A stretch of DNA of 23,639 nucleotides from Candidatus Hodarchaeum mangrovi (lineage in GTDB: Archaea; Asgardarchaeota; Heimdallarchaeia; Hodarchaeales; Hodarchaeaceae), in the NCBI GenBank assembly GCA_016839515.1, contig JAEOUE010000038.1, forward strand, positions 1 to 23,639. Reading direction: 5' to 3'. This document shows positions 7,559 through 15,721 of the stretch, in pieces (position 1 is the stretch's first letter; each line of letters begins with the position of its first letter). The notes beneath the pieces are model-generated. The model made no database searches, was not told the origin of the DNA, and saw only the letters and a list, made by a program, of their open reading frames with translations. Made by a program: the position numbers and the translations under genes.

Positions 7559-9217
7559 TTGATTAAAACAGTTGTAAAACTATCACGTATCCTTCTTACA
7601 ATTACTGGTATTGGTATAACCACAATAGCCCTCGGAATCCTTTATTTCTCTGGTTTAGCGTCTTCTGACAGGTTATTTTATGGATTTGATTACAAAATTC
7701 TTTTATCCTTTGGTTTTTTCTTTGGATTCGTTGGTTTATTCCCTGTATTAGCCTCCATGGATACTAATATGAAGAAAAATGTTAAAAAAGTATATATTCA
7801 TTTATTAGTGATTATGGGGATTGGGGTGGTAGGAATAATTTATTCATTTTTAGTATATGGAAATTATCTATCTTCTTTCGACCCCTCCCATTCATGGTTT
7901 GATTACTTAATTATAACTTCAATCTTCTTATTCTTTGGATTCTCTCCATTAATATTTGCTGTTGAGAATCGTGAACGCCTTTGGAGTTATAAATTGGTGT
8001 TCATTCTTTTTATAATCATTGGATTTATATTTTATATACTCAGTGGTCTAGTATATGGGCAATATTTTGATTTCGGTGAATTACTCCCAATTCTGGATGT
8101 TGATTGGAGTGTATTTTTCATTGCAGGTTCAATAACGATTTATTTAGGATTATTACCTTTAATGGTTACTGCAAGTCAAGAATTTAGGGACCGTATATTT
8201 AAATTAAGATTTTTATGGGTAATTACATCTTTGATTGGTTTTTTATTAGTTATTCTTGCACCAATTATCATGTATTATGAATTAAATGTTCTGGGTATTG
8301 AATGGACTGTCATTTTATACACTGGAGCTTTAATAGAATTCATTTCCCTGTTCTTATTTGTAGGATCAGACTCTGTTGTTTCATTTCTACAAAAATTACG
8401 CTTTTTATGGATTCTCCTCCTATTATTAGGGATTTTATCTGTTTTTATCTCTCTTATATTAGTTCAATCAACTTCCATGGTTATGGTAGATTATTTGGAC
8501 ATTGAAACACTCTTAGGGTTTACTTGGGAGATTTATTTTGCAATTGGAACAGTGTTGACTGTATCAGCTCTCATATTAATAGGAGCTCTATTATTTTACG
8601 AAGCTAAAGATCCTAGCCGTGTAGGAACCATTTCTACTTCATCAGGTATGCCAGAAATAGATGCAAAACCAAATGAAATGGTTATATTTCTTGAAATTAT
8701 CCAAGAATCAAATGATCAAGTTATTGCTAAGTTCAAAGAAGCAGTTAGGGAAGATAAGTTTCGACCTAGAGTTTATGAAAATCTAATAAAGCATTACCAA
8801 ACCCAAAATCAATCTATTAAGTCACGTTTATCGAAATTAAAGAAATCCATCTCACGGACTTCAGGTGTTGAATCCCTTTTCTCTGCTGCTCTTGAAGAAA
8901 CCCCCCCTCCTCCTCCATCAACCCCTCCTCCTTCTAAACCAGCTACTATACCATCTGCTCCTCCTATTCCTCCCAAAACACCTCCAACAACAGCACCACC
9001 TCCCCCAAGCACCACGACTCCTCCTGCGCCTAGTGCAATTCCTCGAACTCCAACACCTCCACCAGCCCCCTCAGGTCCTTCAATTACTACAACATCACCC
9101 TCTGGTCAATCACCTCTTGATTTAATTGCAGACGCAAGATCTACCAGCATAGCAGAGCTTCGTGGAGAGATGTTGAAAGAATTAAGACGACTTCGAGAAA
9201 TTTTTAAGGAAGAATAG
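7559..9217 (+). CDS. Hypothetical polytopic membrane protein (about 10 TM in five hairpin repeats) with cytosolic helical region, polyproline tract and C-terminal amphipathic helix
   Basis: Long ORF (track 7376-9217). In-frame TTG at 7559 follows GAGGAG. Ten hydrophobic segments, Pro/Thr/Ser-rich tract at about 8900-9115, tail ELRGEMLKELRRLREIFKEE. Confidence 0.85.
   Translation: MIKTVVKLSRILLTITGIGITTIALGILYFSGLASSDRLFYGFDYKILLSFGFFFGFVGLFPVLASMDTNMKKNVKKVYIHLLVIMGIGVVGIIYSFLVYGNYLSSFDPSHSWFDYLIITSIFLFFGFSPLIFAVENRERLWSYKLVFILFIIIGFIFYILSGLVYGQYFDFGELLPILDVDWSVFFIAGSITIYLGLLPLMVTASQEFRDRIFKLRFLWVITSLIGFLLVILAPIIMYYELNVLGIEWTVILYTGALIEFISLFLFVGSDSVVSFLQKLRFLWILLLLLGILSVFISLILVQSTSMVMVDYLDIETLLGFTWEIYFAIGTVLTVSALILIGALLFYEAKDPSRVGTISTSSGMPEIDAKPNEMVIFLEIIQESNDQVIAKFKEAVREDKFRPRVYENLIKHYQTQNQSIKSRLSKLKKSISRTSGVESLFSAALEETPPPPPSTPPPSKPATIPSAPPIPPKTPPTTAPPPPSTTTPPAPSAIPRTPTPPPAPSGPSITTTSPSGQSPLDLIADARSTSIAELRGEMLKELRRLREIFKEE
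8900..9115 (+). repeat. Low-complexity CCN-rich tract encoding a Pro/Thr/Ser-rich linker
   Basis: TPPPPPSTPPPSKPATIPSAPPIPPKTPPTTAPPPPSTTTPPAPSAIPRTPTPPPAPSGP. Confidence 0.9.
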
Positions 9218-9246
9218 GTAATTAACTCTATTCTTTTTTTTGGTAG

Positions 9247-11145
9247 TTAGATTATTTTCCAGAAGATTATTTGCTCTTTATCTGAGAGACTTTCACTTAT
9301 TATTTTTCCTGCTTCGCTTTTAGTTGAAAGTTTTATATTTCCAGACCTAGACACTGTTCCTGTAAATAGAAATTCTAGTTCTTGTGAGTCAGAATTCTGA
9401 TATAAAAATTCAATATTTGCATCTTTCAAATGTTTTGGGAAAGATATAATAACAGAACGTTTTCTAAATGAAACCATGCTTGTATTTAAAGGTGTTTTTC
9501 CAGTGAAATCTGATGATGAGAAGTCCCCTGATTTATTTACATCAAGTTTCACTTTAAATAGATTTTCTAATCTTTTGATATTCTCCCCACCTTTTCCTAG
9601 GATTAGAGGTATATCTCTTCGAGCACATTGAATTTCAAATCGTCGTCCTTGTCGATCTTTTGGTATTAACATTATTGGTTCATTTGAATATTGCTCAATA
9701 GCTTCGGTTAGATGTCTTAATGTCCTTGCATCAACTGAAATATCAGATTCTTTTATGTCTTTAATAGGAATAACAACTGTCTGTTCTCCAAATGTATACA
9801 TTTCATAAACTACTTCATATGTATCAAAGTTTCGGACTTCAACAACTGGTCGTGCAAGATCGTTCTCCACTAAACCTGTAGGAACTTTAACAGTCATTTT
9901 GACATCTAAAATTTGAGATATTCTTCCATCTTCCATGTAAATAATCGTATCAAGTACACTGGGAATTACTCCTAGTTCTAGTCTTCCAATAAATCTTTGT
10001 ACAGCATCAATTGCTGTACTGGAATGGATGACACCAATAAGGCCTATTCCTGATAAACGAAGATCAGTGTAAAGCTTGAAATCTTCTGTATCTCTGATTT
10101 CGTCAAAAACAGTATAGTCTGGTCGAGAGAGAAGTAAAATATCGTGAATCTCTGACCTTGTACCAAAATTTTTCGAGTATTGAGTGATTTCAGCCTTTAA
10201 ATCAAGATCTCTCGGTGATTCGATGGTTTTAATCACTTTAGATTGTTTCTCATAAAATAATGCTAGAGCTCTAGCGAATGTGGTTTTTCCTGTTCCAGGA
10301 CTTCCTGCGATAAGGATGCCTTCTGCTTTTTCTTTGAGTCGATTGTATAGATTGGGGGTTGTAATATAATCCTCAAGATCTAATTTTACTAATGGCCTTA
10401 CAGCAGTAATCTCCCAACCATCCGAAAATGGTGGTCTACAAATTACAATACGCATATTTGCATATTGTACTATTGTTGATCCACTTCGATCAATTTCAAT
10501 GAATGTATCCTCAAATTGCTTTGCTTTTGTTATTATCTCATCACTTAATTGTATTACTTCTTCTCTTGATAGTTTTTTATTTGAAAATTCTTGGTAACTA
10601 ACTTTTCCTGGTCTTCCTTTCTTGACATATACTGGAGCACCTTGCTTAACATGAATACTCATAGTTTCTTTATCAAAAAAATCTTCTAATAGCAATTTTT
10701 TTTCTTTCTTAGAACGTTCTGGTAATACAAATATTGAATCCATCCCAATAGCTTGAGCCCCTAAATACTGTACTCTATCAGAGGTTATCAATGTTCCAGC
10801 AATATTCCAAGCATGGTCTCTAATGATTGCATCAATCTCCCCACTACCCGCCCGTTTAATTTCAGAGATATTAGGTCTTCTACCTTCATATGTTATCGAA
10901 ATTTCCCTTGATTTTGCTATCTTTTGGATTTCTTGAAGTTGTGTTAAGCCACGGTAACCCATTTCATTACCTGAATTTGCTTGATGTTCTAATTCAGAAA
11001 TCATGGCAGCATGGATAATTAGCTTAGAATATTTTTCGATTGAATCCTTTAATAGAGTAACTAAACAACCATTAATAATAACTGATGTATCGGGAACATA
11101 GATTTTTTCTTCATCAATGACTGAATAACGATTCTCCATAATCAT
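9247..11145 (-). CDS. PIN-domain ATPase with KH domain (PINA-type; PINc/VapC family ATPase)
   Basis: N-terminal VPDTSVII PIN motif, Walker A GSPGTGKT, Walker B VFDEIR, KH loop ILGKGGENIK. Confidence 0.92.
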   Translation of the reverse strand: MIMENRYSVIDEEKIYVPDTSVIINGCLVTLLKDSIEKYSKLIIHAAMISELEHQANSGNEMGYRGLTQLQEIQKIAKSREISITYEGRRPNISEIKRAGSGEIDAIIRDHAWNIAGTLITSDRVQYLGAQAIGMDSIFVLPERSKKEKKLLLEDFFDKETMSIHVKQGAPVYVKKGRPGKVSYQEFSNKKLSREEVIQLSDEIITKAKQFEDTFIEIDRSGSTIVQYANMRIVICRPPFSDGWEITAVRPLVKLDLEDYITTPNLYNRLKEKAEGILIAGSPGTGKTTFARALALFYEKQSKVIKTIESPRDLDLKAEITQYSKNFGTRSEIHDILLLSRPDYTVFDEIRDTEDFKLYTDLRLSGIGLIGVIHSSTAIDAVQRFIGRLELGVIPSVLDTIIYMEDGRISQILDVKMTVKVPTGLVENDLARPVVEVRNFDTYEVVYEMYTFGEQTVVIPIKDIKESDISVDARTLRHLTEAIEQYSNEPIMLIPKDRQGRRFEIQCARRDIPLILGKGGENIKRLENLFKVKLDVNKSGDFSSSDFTGKTPLNTSMVSFRKRSVIISFPKHLKDANIEFLYQNSDSQELEFLFTGTVSRSGNIKLSTKSEAGKIISESLSDKEQIIFWKII

Positions 11146-11792
11146 GATTCTCCATTTTTTTCATTTTGAGCATCGAAATCTTGATGATATTCATATTCTA
11201 ACTCATTACGTTCTAAATTTAATTGTGAGACTTGGTAATATGTTACATCACCCAATCGATCAATGACAGATAATAATAATTTTTTCCTATCTAAATTTGC
11301 TTGTTTTACAATCTGATCTAGGAAGTCCAAGTCAATATCTTCTCCCTCTGGCAATGGAAATACTACAAATTTACTAACTGACTCTCCTGGTTTTCCTCCC
11401 CGCGAATAAATACGGAAAGGTGCTGTTACTTGAGTTCCCATACTGACAACATAACCTCGGTTTCGAAGATCCTTATAAACTAAATATCTACTCCAAAGAT
11501 CATTTGTATCGCTAGCAAAATAATTTACAATATCTGCTGAGCTAAGATTCTCTTTTGTTTCAGGGTCTTGAATTAAAATCTTCTTCCTGTCTAAGAGTAA
11601 AAGAAGTTCTTCAGCTGCAAGGCTTAATGTTGTTTCATTTATCCAACGACCAAAATATCCATTTTCATAAATTTCTTTTACATTAGGATTAGTAGTTATA
11701 AAAACACCATCTTTTAATCTAAAATCTAAGATTGGTATACCTGAATCCACATGATCTTCATTCTCGTCTGAAGACATACTCATCATTTCCAA
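11142..11792 (-). CDS. endA: tRNA splicing endonuclease (EndA) family subunit, probably non-catalytic or degenerate
   Basis: YLVYKDLRNRGYVV, FRIY, RKKLLLSVID..GDVTYY. Tyr129 and Lys170 are present but the catalytic His position is Val139. Confidence 0.85.
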   Translation of the reverse strand: MEMMSMSSDENEDHVDSGIPILDFRLKDGVFITTNPNVKEIYENGYFGRWINETTLSLAAEELLLLLDRKKILIQDPETKENLSSADIVNYFASDTNDLWSRYLVYKDLRNRGYVVSMGTQVTAPFRIYSRGGKPGESVSKFVVFPLPEGEDIDLDFLDQIVKQANLDRKKLLLSVIDRLGDVTYYQVSQLNLERNELEYEYHQDFDAQNEKNGES

Positions 11793-12200
11793 TAACTTCT
11801 AATAATTTTCAGCTAATACATTTGAAAAACTCATTTCCTATTTTAAGTAATGAACTTTCTCTCATTTTTAAGCTGAATATACTTCTATATTTAAATTAAG
11901 CATTCTTTTTAGCAAGAAAGTTACAATAAAAACTTCTTTATTGAGAGCTGATTTCATAGTAAAAAGATACAACTGAAAGTACTAGTTAAAAACCTCCCTT
12001 GAACTGACTTCCTTTTAATAAGAATAAACGAAATCGAATATAACTTGGAACGAGTCGAGTTCGACGGAGTACGGAGGATTTAAATCATTTATTGAAAACG
12101 CATTAATCAGACGTGTACAATCGAGTACAATAGACTAAATGGTCTAACCAATAATTAATAATCAATATATGAAGCTCTAAAGGAATAGGAGAGTATAAGC

Positions 12201-13199
12201 GTGGGTCATCGAAAAAAGAATACCCCACATCGTGGGTCACTAGGGTATCGAAGAAATAAGGCAAAAAGACATACTGCTAGAATAAGAACATGGCCAGAAT
12301 CTCTAGAACCAAAGCTACTTGGTTTTGCAGGTTATAAAGCTGGTATGACCCACATCGCAATGATTAATACTGACACACGTTCACCTTTTTACAAACAGGA
12401 GCAATTTATCCCAGTAACTATTATAGAAACTCCACCTATGACTGTTTTCAGTATTCGAACTTATAAAATTGAAAGCTTATTAAATAGTTTAGCTGTAAAT
12501 GCTGAAATTTGGACTGAAAAACCTGAAAAGGACTTGAGTCGACGTATAAAGATTCCTAAGGAAAAATCAAATATAAAACAACAGATAGCTTTAGTAAAAG
12601 CTAAGATGGATGATGTTACAGAAGTTCGTGTCTTAGCCCATACAAAACCAAGGGAAGCGGGTTTGCCACAAAAAAGCCCAGATATTATTGAAATTAAGGT
12701 TGGTGGAAAACCTGAGAAAGCTTTTGAATACGCTACAAGTATATTAGGGAAAGAAGTTACTCTAGATGAAGTTTACTCATCTGGAGATTTCATTGATGTT
12801 AATGCAACAACAAAAGGTAAAGGTTTTGCTGGTCCTGTTAAAAGACATGGAGTAAAGATTATGCCTCGGAAGAAAAGGAAGGGAAGAAGAGTGGTTGGCT
12901 GCATTGGCCCATGGCATCCCGCAAGAGTCATGTGGACAGTTCCTCGTGCTGGCCAACTTGGTTATTTTAGCAGAACTGAATTTAACAAACAAATACTCAA
13001 AATTGGTGAAGATGGAGAAGAAGTTACACCTATTAATGGATTTAAGAGATATGGAAAAGTCAATAAATATTGTATGGTTCGTGGCAGTGTTCCTGGGTCT
13101 ACTAAGAGATTAATTAGATTTAGAAATCCCCTAAGACCGAAACATGTCGAGTTTGAAGATTTGCAAATCACTTATATCAGCACATTAGCTAAAAATTAA
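12201..13199 (+). CDS. rpl3: 50S ribosomal protein uL3
   Basis: GTG start after AGGAG; RGSLG, GYKAGMTH, KGKGFAGPVKR, GPWHP, RAGQLGY. Confidence 0.98.
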   Translation: MGHRKKNTPHRGSLGYRRNKAKRHTARIRTWPESLEPKLLGFAGYKAGMTHIAMINTDTRSPFYKQEQFIPVTIIETPPMTVFSIRTYKIESLLNSLAVNAEIWTEKPEKDLSRRIKIPKEKSNIKQQIALVKAKMDDVTEVRVLAHTKPREAGLPQKSPDIIEIKVGGKPEKAFEYATSILGKEVTLDEVYSSGDFIDVNATTKGKGFAGPVKRHGVKIMPRKKRKGRRVVGCIGPWHPARVMWTVPRAGQLGYFSRTEFNKQILKIGEDGEEVTPINGFKRYGKVNKYCMVRGSVPGSTKRLIRFRNPLRPKHVEFEDLQITYISTLAKN

Positions 13200-13215
13200 T
13201 TCATTGGCGATTATT

Positions 13216-14010
13216 ATGAATCTTTCAAGAATACCAGTATTTAATCTAGAAGGAGAGGAAATTGAGACAATTGATACTGGATCAATATTCCAAGTCCCTT
13301 TTCGTCCTGATATCATAAAAAGAGCAGTTCTAGCCTGTAGGAAGAATCGTCAAGTTCCTTATGGTGTCGACCCCAACGCTGGAAAAAGAACATCAGCTGA
13401 AAGCTGGGGAGTAGGACGTGGGGCTGCTCGTGTACCTAGAGTAAAGGGTTCGAGAACCCATTCAGCGAGTAGAGCTGCTTTTATTCCTTTCGCAGTAGGT
13501 GGAAGGCGAACTCATCCACCTGAATCACGGATAAAACTTTTAGAAAAAGTTAACAGAAAAGAACGTCAATTAGCGATAAAATCTGCCATTGCAGCAACAG
13601 CTAATCCTACTTTAGTTGAATCACGAGGACATATTATTGAAGAAGTTCAATCACTTCCTCTGATAATCGTAGATGAATTGGAATCAATCAAAAAGACCTC
13701 AAAGATAATTGATGTTATGAAAAACTTAGGCTTATCTTATGATTTGGCAAAAGCAAAACGAAGAACTTCTCATATTCGTGCTGGAAAAGGAAAAAACCGA
13801 GGACGGAAATATAAGACTGGTAAATCAGTTCTTGTCGTTGTAAGAATTGATAATGGAATAAAATCAGCAACAAACAATATACCAGGTATAGATCTAGTAA
13901 CAGTTGATCAATTGAACGCAGAACATCTTGCACCAGGTACTCATGCTGGCCGTTTAACATTATGGACTAAATCCGCCATTGATTATTTAAAACAAAAAGA
14001 ATCTAATTAA
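13216..14010 (+). CDS. rpl4: 50S ribosomal protein uL4
   Basis: RPDII, AGKRTSAESWGVGRG.ARVPRV, RAGKGK.RGR, LAPGTHAGRLT; ATG at 13216 (track start 13204). Confidence 0.98.
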   Translation: MNLSRIPVFNLEGEEIETIDTGSIFQVPFRPDIIKRAVLACRKNRQVPYGVDPNAGKRTSAESWGVGRGAARVPRVKGSRTHSASRAAFIPFAVGGRRTHPPESRIKLLEKVNRKERQLAIKSAIAATANPTLVESRGHIIEEVQSLPLIIVDELESIKKTSKIIDVMKNLGLSYDLAKAKRRTSHIRAGKGKNRGRKYKTGKSVLVVVRIDNGIKSATNNIPGIDLVTVDQLNAEHLAPGTHAGRLTLWTKSAIDYLKQKESN

Positions 14011-14039
14011 AATTTTACCAAGGAATGAGTTGATGAAGG

Positions 14040-14315
14040 ATGAAATTTAGACAACCTCAAGATGTAATAAAATATCCCCTTATTACAGAATCAGCTTTTA
14101 ACAAAATGGATGATGTCAATGAGAACGCTTTAGTCTTCGTTGTTGATAGAAAAGCCACAAAGCATGAAATAAAAAATGCATTTGAAATATTATACAAAGT
14201 CAAAGTCATCAAAGTAACAACATTAATTTCTCCTAAGGGAGAAAAGAAAGCATTCATAAAACTATCTCCCGATCATAGTGCCTTAGATCTGGCAACTGAA
14301 GTAGGGATCATCTAG
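14040..14315 (+). CDS. rpl23: 50S ribosomal protein uL23
   Basis: IKYPLITE, LVFVVD..ATK..IK, GEKKAFIKL...A...GII. Confidence 0.97.
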   Translation: MKFRQPQDVIKYPLITESAFNKMDDVNENALVFVVDRKATKHEIKNAFEILYKVKVIKVTTLISPKGEKKAFIKLSPDHSALDLATEVGII

Positions 14316-14328
14316 GTAGGTGTTTTTA

Positions 14329-15072
14329 TTGGGAAAACGAATCTTAGTTCAAAGAAGAGGTCGCGGTACCTCTGTTTTTCGTTCTTTATCACATCGACGT
14401 AAAGGTAAAGCACGATATTTACCTATTGCTGACGAAGAAAAGGAAGACAAGATTGGATTTACAATTATTGATTTTATTCACGAGATGGGTCGTGGATCGC
14501 CCTTAATGCTCGTTCAATATGACAACGGAGACGAAGCACTTCTTCCTGCACCCGAAGGAGTTCATGTGGGACAAAAATGTGAACAAGGGATTAATGCGAA
14601 TCTTGAAGTTGGTAATATTCTACCAATTCATAAAATTCCAGAAGGTATCTGGATATGTAATATTGAAATGCGCCCTGGTGATGGTGGCAGTTTATGTCGC
14701 TCCTCTGGAACTCATGGACAGATAAAAACTCATTCACTAGATGGAACAAGGATTCTTTTACCATCAAAATATGATCGTGCGGTTCATCCTAATTCTCGTG
14801 CAATGATCGGAATCATTTCTGCAGGTGGCCGACCTGATCGTCCTTTTCTTAAAGCAGGAGTTAAACGTGCTTTTATGCGAGCTAAAGGGCATAAGGCATT
14901 TCCTGTGGTACGAGGTGTTGCAATGAATATTGTCACCCATCCACATGGAGGAGGTTCGCATCAAAGACCTGGTCGTCCTACAACTGTGTCTAGAAATGCT
15001 CCTCCTGGAAGAAAAATTGGTTTAATTGCAGCACGGAGAACAGGGTTACGCCGAGGAAGAATCAGACGTTAA
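14329..15072 (+). CDS. rpl2: 50S ribosomal protein uL2
   Basis: GKRILVQRRGRG, VRGVAMN...HPHGGG, APPGRKIGLIAARRTG; probable TTG start at 14329 after AGGTG. Confidence 0.98.
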   Translation: MGKRILVQRRGRGTSVFRSLSHRRKGKARYLPIADEEKEDKIGFTIIDFIHEMGRGSPLMLVQYDNGDEALLPAPEGVHVGQKCEQGINANLEVGNILPIHKIPEGIWICNIEMRPGDGGSLCRSSGTHGQIKTHSLDGTRILLPSKYDRAVHPNSRAMIGIISAGGRPDRPFLKAGVKRAFMRAKGHKAFPVVRGVAMNIVTHPHGGGSHQRPGRPTTVSRNAPPGRKIGLIAARRTGLRRGRIRR

Positions 15073-15125
15073 TCTTGATCAAGATCAGATGAATTTTTCT
15101 GAAATTTTATTATTATTTTTCTTCT
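15073..15125 (+). terminator. Probable T-rich terminator region after rpl2
   Basis: Several T-runs following the stop codon and a 14-bp palindrome, in the convergent gap with tRNA-Leu. Confidence 0.35.
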
Positions 15126-15134
15126 AATTAATTA

Positions 15135-15248
15135 TGCGGGGGAAGGGATTCGAACCCTTGAAAGCCTACGCTAACAGATGTCTCGATTTCTATTTAATTT
15201 AAGAAAATCTTGAGTCTGTCCCCGTTGACCTGGCTGGGGTACCCCCGC
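15135..15248 (-). tRNA. tRNA-Leu(CAA) with 29-nt intron at 37/38 (intron 15180-15208); A73, no CCA
   Basis: GCGGGGG/CCCCCGC acceptor stem, ACAGA-CT-CAA-G|intron|A-TCTGT, long variable arm, T arm AAGGG-TTCGAAT-CCCTT. Confidence 0.95.
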
Positions 15249-15558
15249 AATTAATTAGAGGTTTAAATGTTATTTTTTCTTACTTGATACTCTATAATTA
15301 TTACTTTTTTTAGGATTTATTAAATCGTAGGCTTCTATTAAAGTTTTTTATTTTTGCTGCATTAAATTCGAAATCTCAGAAGAATCTTTGTTATTTTCTC
15401 CATTAAAGGCTTTTTGAGATGAATAAAAATTATCTTATAATTCAGAATGAAATATTTACTAATTATAACTAAATATTAATAAAATAACATAAAAATCAAT
15501 ATTTCTAATGAAAAAAAAGGCTAAATACTGTTAAAGGGTTAATGAAATAGGGATATTA

Positions 15559-15720
15559 ATGGTTCTTAATTTAATAATAGACGATTTTAACTTATTTGGG
15601 AGTGAATTACCTCCAACCACATCTATTCCTGAATTTCCATTTCTAATTGTTCTTTTATTAGGTATTGGAATACTTACAATATTACTTCGATATTATTTAC
15701 TAAAAAAGAAAGAAAATTGA
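15559..15720 (+). CDS. 53-aa micro-ORF consisting mostly of a PEF-CTERM-type sorting signal (possibly a gene remnant); not in ORF track
   Basis: MVLNLIIDDFNLFGSELPPTTSIPEFPFLIVLLLGIGILTILLRYYLLKKKEN*: Pro/Thr linker, IPEFP motif, TM helix, basic tail. Confidence 0.65.
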   Translation: MVLNLIIDDFNLFGSELPPTTSIPEFPFLIVLLLGIGILTILLRYYLLKKKEN

Positions 15721-15721
15721 T

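Noticed and set aside
8809-9125. Gly-rich antisense ORF (8809-9015) and Leu/His-rich alternate-frame ORF (8865-9125)
   Set aside because: By-products of the CCN-rich polyproline codons of the real gene
12777-14964. Short ORFs inside rpl3, rpl4, rpl23 and rpl2
   Set aside because: Antisense or out-of-frame shadows of conserved ribosomal protein genes
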